A program made the position numbers and the translations under genes. Below are positions 12,083 to 24,551 of a stretch of 64,000 nucleotides of DNA, one piece after another (the stretch's first letter is position 1; every line of letters starts with the position of its first letter). The notes under the pieces were generated by a model. The model was not told the origin of the DNA. It searched no databases and worked only from the letters and a program-made list of their open reading frames with translations. Where the stretch lies: contig CM022677.1 in NCBI GenBank assembly GCA_012295275.1, positions 12,834,001-12,898,000 of the forward strand, written 5' to 3'. Origin of the DNA: Chrysomallon squamiferum (taxonomy: Eukaryota; Animalia; Mollusca).

Positions 12083-12594
12083 AAAGATACCCTGCCACTG
12101 TTGAGAGGTTAACAAAAATACTAATGATAATAAAGACATTATAGAACAAAAAATAAAGTGAAATAAAGATATGTAATATTAGATACCTCAATCATGTTAC
12201 AGAAATACTAACGCTATCAAAAAAAGCAGAAAATAAAATTAGATACGTAATTTTTATTAAAAATAAATAAATGTTAATAAGAACAATATCAGTAAAAGTG
12301 ATTTTAATACTAAATGCAGTAAAAAGGAAAAAATAAAATCAGTGACACTATGGCAGTTTAGATTTATAATATTCATATAATAAGCTTAGTATTAAAATGT
12401 TTCTAAATATAATTTGAATGTTTGAAAATGTTTCTATGTGTGTTTGCTTGGGTAAGTATATATGTAATGCAAACATTTGTACACCAATAAAAAGGAAATC
12501 AATGACATTATGGCAGTTTAGGTTATAATAATAAGTTTAGTATTAAAATGTCTCTAAATATAATTTGAACTTATGTTTACACCTGTATGTTTAC

Positions 12595-15500
12595 CTGTTA
12601 GCTCGTTTCAGGTCACTGACAAACTCTGCTGACTGCTGATGTCTGATTTCTGAGTTTTTAGAGATTTTCTCTAGAGCAGCCACTAACTCTTGTACTCTGA
12701 GTCGTTTGTTCTCTTCTGAGCGACTGACACAGGTCCTGAGCTATCTCCATCACATCATTCAATCTCAACTCACATATAGCTGGCACTGTCAGCTCATCAT
12801 CTTCACCATCCTGATGATAAATGATTATTCATTGAAATTTTATAGGAATTATGAAAGCTATCAGATTATCATCCTTGTTCTTATGATATACAATTAAAAT
12901 TTGATTATAATAATTAAATTAAAATTGTATGAAACATAAACAATTATCTTCTTCATCATGATGATAAATGATTGAAACTCAGTTACCTAATAAAATTTAA
13001 ATTATTAAATGATGAATCAAGATTTAAAACATTTAAAATTTTAATAATTTGAATTCATTATTATTTTAAAAGAACAAGTTCAGTAGTTATGGCATATTAA
13101 ATCAATGTTATGACATAACCTATCATTATTTTATTATTACATTTCTGTTACACTCAGTATTCTTAGAAAACATACTGTTTAAAATTATAATAAAGAACTG
13201 CGAATACAGCATCAGTAGTTATGACACACAGAATCATGACATTATATAGTAAGTTATTCTTTAATTTTCTCTGTTTATATGAACAAGTCAATACATTTAG
13301 AATACTCACTTAATAAAATAAATAGACATTCTATCAAGTAAGTTATTATTATTATTTAGATGTGTTTACATGACAAATCTGTGTTTTAGAACATAATAAA
13401 ATCAGTAGACAGTATATGAAGTTGGTTATTATTATTTAATTTGTTCTCTGTTTAAATCAACGTTTAAAACACACAAAGCATAACAAATAATAAAATCAAT
13501 AATGTGAAATATATCTACTATGTATGTTTCCACTTTTTATATACCTGCTAGTCTAGCTAGAAGAGATAAAGTGATAAATAAAACAGAGATAATCACATGT
13601 TTGTGTTTGCCGTCTCTGCCCAGTCTCTGCTGGTGCTCTGAGATCTCACACTTGAGATGCTCTATCTGTACTCTGTAGGCCAGTTCCTGTGACTCCTTAC
13701 CACTCAGTCTCAACTCCAGAGCTCTCTTTTCCTTCTCCATCAAGTAGTTCTGAGCCTTCAGCTCTGCCTTCTCCTCCTGAAAAACAGTTCATATGTAAAT
13801 GACAAAGTCCAAACATTCTCTTCCTGTGAAACAATATCATGACAGAGTCCAAAATGTATATATTCAGTCTGCCTAGAATTCAGAAAATGATTTAATATAA
13901 ATGGAATAAGACACAAAGACAAACTGCCATTAATAAAAAAAAATAAAGAAATAAAGAAAAAGTACAAGTAAATGCAAGTTAATATAGTAGAAAACTCAAA
14001 CACAATTTTCATTACTAAATTAACAAAATTAAGAATGCCTGTTTGATTTTTTTCTTTCCCAAAGAAAGTCAGATGCTTGGTTGGGGCTACATTTCATAAG
14101 ACTGCCCTTCATAGCCATCAGCTCCTGCATTAACACAGCATTTTCCAAATCCAGTCTTTGAGCTTCTGGAGTTTTCTTGGGTTCATCAAGCAGAGGATCA
14201 AAGTGTAAACTCTCCAGCTCCATGATGGTCATTCTGACTGCTGCCCGGTCATTCTTCAGTGACTGAATGTACTCACGCAGTCTCTGTTCATCGAGTTTGG
14301 TGAAGTCAGTGTCCACTGAGTAGGCCAAAGAACTGGACGTGCTGGACAATTCAAAATGAAAAGTTGGTTTGGTAAAGATTATCACTAGTCATGGAAAAGT
14401 CAGTTAATCAACTTGAAATTTATAATTCTATAATTAGGTGAAATCCTTTTACAAAGATAGTTAAGGCAAAGTCCAGTTAATTACAGCATAGACTTTAATA
14501 AAAGAAATAACAAAAGTTTAAAAATAGATTCCAATAAAGTACAAAATAAAGATAATTTATACATAAAAACATAATTACTTTAAGTATTCAAAACAATGCA
14601 GATGGAATTCAATACAAAGGTATTGTCGCTGTTTTTGAAGGTAAAAAAATACAGTCCATTTAAATATAAAGTCAGTTTAAATACTGAAAAACAAACTATT
14701 AATGTATAAAATACAGTCAATTTCAGAGAACAGTTAAAATGCTAAAGACAAAATCTTATTAGACAGAAAAGCAATTACAGTAAAGTCAAAGTAGAATAGC
14801 AGATGTCATCTTGAAGTACTGAAAAAGAAAGTGTATTAATTAACAAAGTCAGTTTCAGTATTAAAAAAACTAAAACTAAAAATAATGGAAAACAAAAAGA
14901 CTTCAAATAAAGCATCACCTTGCAGTTCTGTTGTTAGAAGAGAGATCTTTCCAGGGGTGAGAAATACAGGGTGTGGTGTGAACTCCACAGCTTCTGTCCA
15001 GTTTGTTAAGTAGATGTTGAGCCACACCTTCAGCAGACTTCCTCGAGTGATGAGCTCTCTGTAGTATAGACGTCACCTCCACCTGATCCTCACACTCCTT
15101 TACTGAAATTAACATTGAAATTAAATACACAGTAAAATTAGCATACAGACTTATTGAAATTAAATATACATTTAGTAAAATTAGCATACAGATCTATTTT
15201 CACCATCTGTGCATTAGGCGAATTTCAGTGTCTATGTATTAACAGCTAATACACTGAAAGATAACATTACACATACAGAAAAGTAACTGAGATTAAATCC
15301 TTCTAACTGAAATGAAATACATGCTTACTGAAAATTCTTTAGATGCTGAATTTTTAAATGATAAATAAATGTACATGCATGTGCACACACACGCACACAC
15401 AGACACACAAACACAAACATATATGCTCATTCTGAAATTAATAATCACTAATACTGAAATGGTAAAGATATACACACACATACAAAAATTAACTTCATTT

Positions 15501-15835
15501 ACATATAAAAAAGAATGAATTTCAGTGATGTAGCAATTACTGAAATAATATATTGTTAAATAAGAATTTTAGTTGTAACTCACCCAGACTTCCAAGTCCT
15601 GCAGCTCTACAGTTAGCTAACAAAACTCCCATCTCACTCTCCAGCAGAACACACAACTCTTCATAAGCCTCTATCATCTGATCAGAGTAGTTAATAGCCA
15701 ACTGCAGCGCTGTGTTGTTAGACTCAAACTTCCCCATTAACACCGTCAACCTCTCCAAGTAAGACTTGCTCTCGTTCATTAATGTGGCGATTTTTCTCTG
15801 AAGTCTTTCAAACTCAATTTCAAACTCTTTCACTT
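12595..15835 (-). pseudogene. MCC: MCC (colorectal mutant cancer protein)-like partial pseudogene; exons ~15835-15584, 15102-14919, 14341-14107, 13776-13597, 12810-12595
   Basis: Translations match MCC: LMGKFESNNTALQLAINYSDQMIEAYE, RAHHSRKSAE, DEQRLREYIQSLKNDRAAVRMTIMELES, RLDLENAVLMQELMAMK, EKEKRALELRLS, RVQELVAALEKISKNSEIRHQQSAEFVSDLKRAN. Exon phases are consistent. Lesions: GG instead of GT donor at 14106, frameshift at ~12708, apparent ~10-aa deletion in the first exon, no final exon found. Confidence 0.88.
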
Positions 15836-16986
15836 TAGTTTAAAATCAATTAAATTCATATCAGAAGTCATGAAATGACTTATTCTGTGTTATTGTTTAA
15901 GAATCTATTTATTTCAGTTAATTTGAAACAGAATTGCCCAAGGGCAAAAAAATAAGGTTAAAAATCAGATATTATGAAAAATAATGAGTACTTCTGTGTT
16001 ATTGTTAAAAATGTATTTATTTTGGCGATTTGATTTTGAATGATTGTAGTTGGGAAACATTTGTAAGTTTAAGAATCAGTTAAATTCATATTTAAAATTT
16101 GAAAAATAATGTCAGTCATTCATTTTCTGTCAGTTTTATTTTTTCTCAGGTAATATGACTTGGAATTACCACCATAAAAAACCATTAATAAATAAAAATA
16201 TTATACTGGAAATTATGAAAAATATGTCTATTTTTTCCTTCATATTTTTGCCAGTCAAATAACATTTGTGATTTAAAACATCAGTTAAGTTTCTACTGTA
16301 AATTATGAAAATACACTGTCAGTATATTCCAATTTAACATTTAAAAGTGTTAAGCATTAGTTATAAATTTGTTAAAATATTATGCTAGTGTGTTTTATGT
16401 GGTTATGTAACATTAGCAAGTTCAAACATTTTGTAATTTTCCAGTGAAGTTACATTCCAGCACAGGAAACATCACTGTGCATATAAGTGATGTTAAATGA
16501 GATTTACCCCAAGGGAGGTAATTTCAGCACACATTTTTAATTTCTTCAGTTCTGCTATTTTAGCTACAGGAAACTGATTACTGCCTGCAGTGGTCCTGTG
16601 AATTAATAAATAAATAAATAAATAGAATATTACATAAATACTTAAATAAACAATCAAATATTTTTAATAGGTAAATAAGCAGCAAATGGAAAGAAATGGA
16701 TGTATAAAGAATAAATAATATATATGTATATATTATAGTTTTGTATTTTTTCAAATATTATTTATGTATATGTATTATACATTTTTTGTATTTTCTCAAC
16801 ATTCCATATATAAAAAAATAACACAACATACACACTGTCTATCTCCACTGATTCCCTTATAGTCACATGCAATTAAGATAAGAAACAAAATAAGAAATGT
16901 TTATTTATATCTCTCTCCTGTGTTAGGAGTTACTTTAGTTATATGGAACATAAATGAATGACAATATAACAAATATTTATTTATAC

Positions 16987-18028
16987 CTCTCTCCTGTATT
17001 AGGATTCACTTGTGACTTTGTTGGTGTTGATGTTTGAATGTTCATGGGACTAGAAGACAAATCTGTCAGAGGTAACTTATCCTGTAACTTTCAACTGTAA
17101 CAAAAATGTAATAATTTTCCTCTAACTTTCAATTTTAACAAAATGTAACAGTTTATTCTGTGTCAACTGTAAGTTTCAACTGTAACAAAATGTAACAATT
17201 TATCCTCTAGCTTTTTCAACTGTAACAAAATAAAACAATTTATCCTGTAACTCTTTCAACGATAACAAAAATGTAACAATTTATTCTGTAACTCTTTCAG
17301 CAGTAAACAAAAATGTAATAATTTACCCTTTAACTATTTTTGCTATATATTTTAAAATCGTGTATTTACTAACAACTTTACAGTACTTTTTTTTATGAAT
17401 GTAACAATTTCATGCAGTTACTAACAATTTAACTGTTACTCTTTCATAGAAAGACTTAATACAGAAAGTATTAACACAAGCAATACTATATAACTGAGTT
17501 TTATATATTCTCAGTTTTAATGTTGTGTATACGTTATTTAGTAATTAAAGAAGAAAAAAACATGAAAAAATGTTAATTATATTTGTAAATTTAATTCTAT
17601 TTTTCTCTTCTGATCAAATTAACTGATTGAAAAGATATCTCATTTTAACTATATATTTATTTGGAACTTTTCTTTTTAATTCCTTCTTTCCTTCTAAGAA
17701 AATGAGAAAAATATCTAATTTTAATTATATATTTATTTGTTACTTTCTTTGTAATGCCTTCTAGCAGTAAGTAAACGAGAACAAAAAAATTAAAATTTAA
17801 TATTTCCAAAAATTAAACAAATTATAATATGTTGCTATTTATTAAATAAATTAAAATTAAAATTAATAAACTTTTAAAACAATTGGACATATATCTAAAA
17901 CAGCCAAAACTGTACAGTCAAAAAAATAAATATAAAAGTAAATGATTACCATGTCTAGCAGACTGGGAGCCATTTGCATTATTCTCCTTGATACTTCCTC
18001 CATCATTGCTTTTGTCCGATCATCTTCT
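16987..18028 (-). other. Two small orphan exons (18028-17950, 17049-16987), possibly upstream MCC-pseudogene exons
   Basis: Good AG/GT boundaries. Open frames EDDRTKAMMEEVSRRIMQMAPSLLDM and PMNIQTSTPTKSQVNPNTGE. Their phases do not join directly and no family was recognised. Confidence 0.35.
17076..17336. repeat. ~40-bp minisatellite, about 6 copies
   Basis: Repeated ttatcctgtaact(c)tttcaactgtaacaaaa(a)tgtaacaat. Confidence 0.85.
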
Positions 18029-18241
18029 CTACACAGAAATGAAAAGAATTCTGGAATTTGGTATTTTCAACAAATTTCTAGAAATTATTTCTTAGTCTTT
18101 CATTAAACACAGTAAAGAACAGCAAGCTAATGGTGTTGTTTTACATCTGAATAATGACTAACTTGACTCATACAATGAAAGAAAACAATGGTTAAATGTC
18201 TTCACATATTTCTGGAATTTCAGTGTGGGTGTATATGTGTT

Positions 18242-18274
<33 letters not shown>

Positions 18275-18858
18275 TATATATTGCCAGTTTCTAATATAAG
18301 TGTACTTTTTTGTTGACCTCATTGTTCAACGTAATGACAATTTACATCTACAATGGACAGCTAAAAAAATTAATTAATTAAACAATCCTTAAAAATATAT
18401 CTCCTTTAACAAGTTAAAACGATCTTTAATTTTCATCTCAAGAACAAAGAATTTAGCAGATGTTACAATGAGCAAGCATATTTATATCGGTTTGTCGGTG
18501 TACCTTATATCTAAAGACAAAGTGTACCAATTGCAATGATTCTAAGGCAATGATTCTGAGAAACTCAAGAGACAAGAGGACGTAATCATTATATTTTGAA
18601 CGAGAGTAATCATTTACACAAAAAAGGCATTTTTGAAAAATACTGCGCAATTAACCAAGAAAGAAAGAAGTGATAAAAAAAAATAGAAATAAAAGAAATC
18701 AATAACATCCAATAACAAATACTTTTAATATATATTTTATTTTATTTTTATTTTTTTAATAAATGCCTATGGAAAATATTTACAAACAACAAATTAATCA
18801 ATAAGCAAGAAATCTATTTCTAGGATCTGCGCACATTAAAAGTTGCATCGTGTTTCAT

Positions 18859-20343
18859 TTATTCTTCTGGATTTGTGGAACATGGTCGCTTGAATACTTG
18901 CTCTTTTTCTAGAATCCAGTAAGTTGATACCCATTTAGAGCCAATAAGAACGGGACAAGATTCATGAATTGTCATTTTGTTAGGTGAACCATTCCGATAT
19001 AAATTATAGCTGCACTTTCTTTAGGTTGTATTCTTACAGAAAGATAAGGAAACACTGTTGCACCTACTTCTACATCACTCATATAGTTTAACCACGTGGC
19101 AATTCTGTTTTCACCGGAAGAATATGCTATGTTGAACTAATCAGTATGAGCCGTGAACTGTCCGCCTATTCCGTAGTTTACCACCTGAAGTGGCTCTGAA
19201 GCTTTCATTGAAAGACCTGTGATTGCTTTAATTCGTTTCTGACTTCTCGTGTCTGCTTCTGTGAAACCTCTTCCTAGACATGTATGTTTGTTAATTATTT
19301 TCTCAGATTTGATATTTTTTCCACAGTGATTGATTTCAGATGCTTGTAAAAGTGGCATGGTAACTGTTTTAATGTCTTCAATTGCAGCATCACTGATAAA
19401 ATCACGATAAAGAACAATTTTCGGTGAGAAATGCAGAATCTCTTCTTTAGCAGGCTTAAGAATTAGAAGCGGATTTTTGATATTGCAATGGTAGCGACAT
19501 GTCAGACGACGTCTCTGCCGTACTTTGATAACGTCTTCACCACGACAGAGAGCATCGAAAGTTGTTTTTTCTTTAACTCTGGCATTTTCTTTTCTCTTTT
19601 CTCTCATTGAATATTTTTTTCCTTATGTTCGGAGCACGTTCAAGTCCAGGAGCTAAAAGTAACTGTTCATTTGTCAGATTTAAAACTTTCTCTATCTGTC
19701 CCGCTAATTCTCTACCGTTAATTTCATTGTCATGAAATACGCTCTGAATTGTTTCCGTTCTTTGTTTCTCTAGACTTATGTCCATCCAAATATGTACATA
19801 GTTGTATTTTTTCATTTTGTAAGCAAGGCGACCTAAGTGATAACAGTCTTCTGCTGATAATCTCTGTATATATCGTTCATATATAAAACCGTCTGCTAAT
19901 CTTGTCGCATTTAATTTGTACGTGTCTTGAAGTCGAAACACAGCTGCAGCGACCCCTTCTAAATCTTCGTAACTTGGAAGATGTTCACGAATTTCTTGTA
20001 GTTCGGTTAATTCTGTCTGGGACGTAATACTTTCGTGAAGAATAGGGTGAACATCTCGTTCCCAGTCCAAAGTGAAACGTTTTATATATAAATGCACCAA
20101 TTGGATTGGCTATGTAACGATTTGGGTGTTTTAGTGCGATCGAACAGTGCTGTTCAATTTGATGTGAAATTGTTTTCAACTTTTCCAATTTAGTTCCTTC
20201 TTCATGAACGTGACTGAAATTTCTTAATGCTGTTGCCAAGTCTCTTCCTGCTAGTACAGAGCTGTTCAGATGTGATACGGACGTAAACAGTTCTGAATTC
20301 ACAGCTGATAAAAGCAAAACTAAAATAGTGTACTGCGATACAT
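18859..20343 (-). pseudogene. P4HA: Prolyl 4-hydroxylase alpha subunit pseudogene, copy 2 (full-length, intronless)
   Basis: Signal-like VSQYTILVLLLSAVNS then ELFTS, NPIGAF/IKRFTLDW, LPSYEDLEGVAAAVFRLQDTY, LSAEDCYHLGRLAY, FDALCRGE, LQVVNYGIGGQFTAHTD*, and GSKWVSTYWILEKEQVFKRPCSTNPEE*. Frameshifts near 20341, 20085, 19615 and 19007; TAG at 19137-19139. Confidence 0.95.
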
Positions 20344-21469
20344 ATTTGAAGATGTCTACTAGTGATATGAATTCTAAATATCTGGTATAAAAATACTTTT
20401 TCTTATTTATTGAACATTTGTTTTTGTCTCCGAGTTTATGTGTGTGTGTGTGTTTGTGTATGAAACACTTTTGGTGTGTTAAGTTTCTGTTATCCTTTGA
20501 TTATATGTAACCACCTATTTTTGTATTTGTCTGTCTGTCTTTCTATCATGATGGAAATTACATTAATAATTTGATTTTGTCAGAATAAAGTAAGATACAG
20601 AAGAAAAAACACTCCTCAAGAAGAAAAAGAAACATTAAAATGTGCATTACAGCTGTCATTTAGAAGCAGCGCACTTCTCAAGTGATGAAGATTTAGAAGG
20701 GTTGTCTGCAGCTCAGTTTCTTCTTCGATATGGAGTCTAATTAAATGTCAGTTTTATGTTACACTAGTTATTAATCTTGTATGCAAACTCTGAATTAAAC
20801 AGCATTAAGTAAATAACATGAACAGTAACGTGATATTAACAGACATTAATAAAATACTCATAAAACTATGAAACAACAACAACAACAACAAAAAAATAAA
20901 AATAAAAATGAAAACAGTTTGGGTAAGTAAACATTGACTGAAATAGACAATTTATACTCCGATCTACCAACACAGTAAACAGTTTAATAAACAAGACAGA
21001 AACTTTACACACTATTACAAATAAACAGTGGCAATCAAACGTAAATAAAGAGAAAAGTCCACTGAGGTGTTTACGTAACCGATTTAGAAGAGTTTTAATA
21101 AAAAGCTCAGTAACAGAGAGGGTGAGACATTCCTCAATGAAAGAATAAATCTAGTCTGACGTTGTTAGTCTCTAGGTCAACCAGTCCCTGGTTACCTAGA
21201 TACATTCCGCAGAATTAACTCAGAAATAAAATTATAAAACAAAATTAATAACAGAAATATTCAAAGCTTTTATAATATTTAAAAGATAAATCGTTTCGAG
21301 TAAGACATCTGTTAACATGATAGACCTTAAGTGAAAACATTTATTTTAGAATTAATAAAAAATGTTGTAGCTACTACTCACTGGGTGTATTCATTACTGA
21401 TTCACAGGAAGTCATTCCACCAACAGATGAGCAGTATAGACGTATTTTTAAATGTCAGAATATTATTGT

Positions 21470-21758
21470 TGTAACCTAGCTCGTGACCTAGATGAGCGTC
21501 TTACAGGAGCAGCATTTACATCTTGTGATGATGTCTCTCATCAGCTGTCATATTCACATCCCGCTCTGTCTCAATAAAAGGGCAACAAGTAAATGGAAGG
21601 AGAGAAGTGATCACTCGATCAATATTCTCACTTACGGTTTACAAAACTTACTGTCATTATCGGGGAGATGTTTACGAGGATTTAATGCTGGGTTACGGCT
21701 GTTACAGTGGGGTCTATGTCGTGTGTTACGATAGATGTTACATGTGGTGGCTCCGTAG
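21470..21758 (+). mobile_element. Probable LTR (273 bp) followed by a primer-binding site; internal region missing
   Basis: TGTAAC...GTTACA termini (21470-21742), internal AATAAA at ~21573, then tg-TGGTGGCTCCGTAG resembling the complement of a tRNA 3' end. Confidence 0.5.
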
Positions 21759-21880
21759 TAACTATATCTTTTGAATCCAAGATCTGTGGACATTTTTCTG
21801 AGATGCAATAAGTTACATCTTCTGATTGAAATATTTAAACAGTATTAAAATAACATTTCTTAATATGAGACATAATTATG

Positions 21881-21995
21881 CAGGACTCGAAATAGCCAGT
21901 CGCCAGGTCACCAAATGTGACCAAAGTTCCGTTTAGGCGACGGAAGTAAAAATCATTATGGTTAGTCTCCCCAAAAATATTATTTGGGTGACCTG
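21881..21995 (+). mobile_element. hAT-type terminal fragment, same family as 36852-37084
   Basis: caggactcgaaatagccagt...gtcaccaaatgtgaccaaagttccgtttaggcgac aligns with the reverse complement of 37030-37084. Confidence 0.55.
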
Positions 21996-22392
21996 TTAGT
22001 TCTATAAGTTATAACACAAGAGCCACTATTATATTTTTTATCGAAAATATTTATTTCACATAAAATATCTATTTATAAACGCTAATGTTATAGTGAACAT
22101 TTCCTACCCGTATGTTAAAGGATTATCGGTTGGTTAACGGAACAATTTATCATAGGAGATAACACTGTAACAAAGTGTTTGCTATTGCTTTTCTTTTCAA
22201 TTGCACCTTTAATTGGCTAAATTCAAGCCAATCAACAAATCTAGCGAACTTTTAGAGCTTTACGTTCAAGAATTATCGGTTGGTTAACGGAACAAGTTAT
22301 CATGGGAGATAACTCTATAACCTTGTATTTGCTATTGTTTTTCCTTTTCAATTTCGGTAGAGTTACTTACCCGGAACAAAAAATAGAAATAA

Positions 22393-22423
<31 letters not shown>

Positions 22424-24551
22424 ATAAATAAATAATGAAAACATACTAAAAAGAAAGATTGAACGCCTTCCTTGTACATCAGCTTGAAAGACAAGTATGA
22501 CATTTGTCTGAATTGAAAATGTCAGTAATAGATATTCTTAAGAAGAAGAAAAAAAGTAAGTTCTTCTGAAATAATACTATTTATTCATGTTAGAGAATTA
22601 CATTTGATATACAGACAGATAAATTAAATTTGGAAGTCAAAAAATTTAAAATGGTAAATGAAAATGTAATATATTTTAATCTGGATAAACAACACTCATT
22701 AAAATGATTTATATATATTATTTTTTTTTTTTCATCTAGATTAAGACAGATATTGCAAATAATTTACCACGTATCAGTATTATAAGAATTTAGATTTTTT
22801 TTTGTTTTACATCTGAAAAGGATATTACAAAGCACTCCAATGAACAAAGCAGAGAGATCTTGTGTCGGTTTTTCATTATTATTATTATTATTTTTTATTT
22901 AAGCAGCAGGTAATTTGTAATTTGTCGTTCATTTTTATAGAGTACATTTGAATGTGTGTGTGTGCGTGGGATGTGTGTCTGCTTATATCTTTTATTGTTT
23001 GTTTACAGCATTAGTCAGAACAAACTCACAGCTTTATTGAAGCATTGCAGACTGAATGGGGTAACTACAAGAGAGAAAAGAAATCTGGCAGAAGAAAATT
23101 AATTCAGACACTTTTACATGTGAAGGCAGAGAAAGGATTGTTCAAGTTCTGCAGCATTTTCGTCAAGATTATGACTAATTTTGTCTGAGTCAGTTGCAGG
23201 ATTCAAAGGGAGAATATTGCTTTTTATTTTGTTTGTTCCTGTGTATGCTATTTATTTATTTATTCTTATAACCTGTGTGATTGTGTTATTTTAAGTTATG
23301 TTTTTAGAAATTATTTAATCAAGCATTTGTTTTTGTATTAAATTTAACAAACAAGAATGAAAAGGCCTGTGTTAGGTGTTTATCATGTGAGAGATATGTT
23401 TTGGGTTAATGGAGGTTCTTTTGTTGAAACTAATTATTTTTGTGAGGCTGTTTACAATTTTCTTCATGTCCTTGCTGAAAGTTTACGTGTTTTGCGAGGT
23501 AACAGAACTGGCTGCATGCTAATGACTTGAATTATATCACTGTGTACATTTTGTTGTGTGTCCTCACATCTTTCATTTGGTACTTGTAGCTATTGGTTTT
23601 ATCTGTTGTCATGGCAGGTATGGTCCAGTAGGTTGCTTTACCTTCCATAAACTGACATCAACAAGCTTGGCTTTGTTTGTGAATGCATCTTGTTGTAAAC
23701 ATTGTTTATTAAATTTTGTATTTGTATCCTGGTACTATATTTTGGTAGATATTTAAAAAGTGAGATGGGTGTTTGTTTGCTTTTTTAATTAATTTTTTTC
23801 ACTCATTTGGCTTTGTGTTGTTGTTGATGTGCAGACTGTTTTACTGTTTGCTGAGTCAGAGTTTCAGGATTAGTGTAGGTAATTCCCAGTAAGAAAATGC
23901 TGATCCCAGATGTTTACTCTGGGACCAAAAATCTTTAAGAGTTTTGTTTTCCTTTTTTTGTTATTAATTATTTTCTCTTCAGGGTTTTGTCTGTGTCAGT
24001 GTTTGTCAGTGATTTTGATTGGTTTCTTATTTATTACATTTTGATCCTGGTCAACGTTTTTCATTTTTTAAAATTAAAGTTGGCCTTTTGCCTGTTGTCT
24101 ATCATAAATCCCAATTTTCATTTCTGAATCATCTAAGTTAGTGATCTTTATGTTTTCCATGTTGTTGCATTTTTAGATGAGGATTTGTTGTTATTTTTCC
24201 TGGTTCTGAAAGTCTAATGTGTGTAGCTGTGTTTATAATTTGATGTTACACACAGACCTTACTTGCATTCAGAGAAATAATACATACAAGTGAGAAAATT
24301 GTACATAATCTAATATAATATCAACTGTATGAACAGAAATAAGACAGTGTTTTCAATATACAGTTTGGTACTTTATTTATCTGTTTACTTATTTATTTAT
24401 TCTATCCTGTCTACTTTCCTTGTTGTAAAGTCAGTAAATAAAATAATTTATTGTGGCATTTGATAGGATATGGACTTTTAAAATAAGATTTATTATATCT
24501 TTTTGTATTTTATTAATATACGTTAATACATGGTTTTAAATCTATTATTAT

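Noticed and set aside
14104-14107. GC-AG intron rescuing the MCC donor (AAG G|gcagt)
   Set aside because: It would give phase 1, while the available acceptors of the next exon are phase 0.
23360-24260. A-rich minus-strand segment resembling a LINE 3' region
   Set aside because: No recognisable RT, endonuclease or CCHC motif could be read with confidence.
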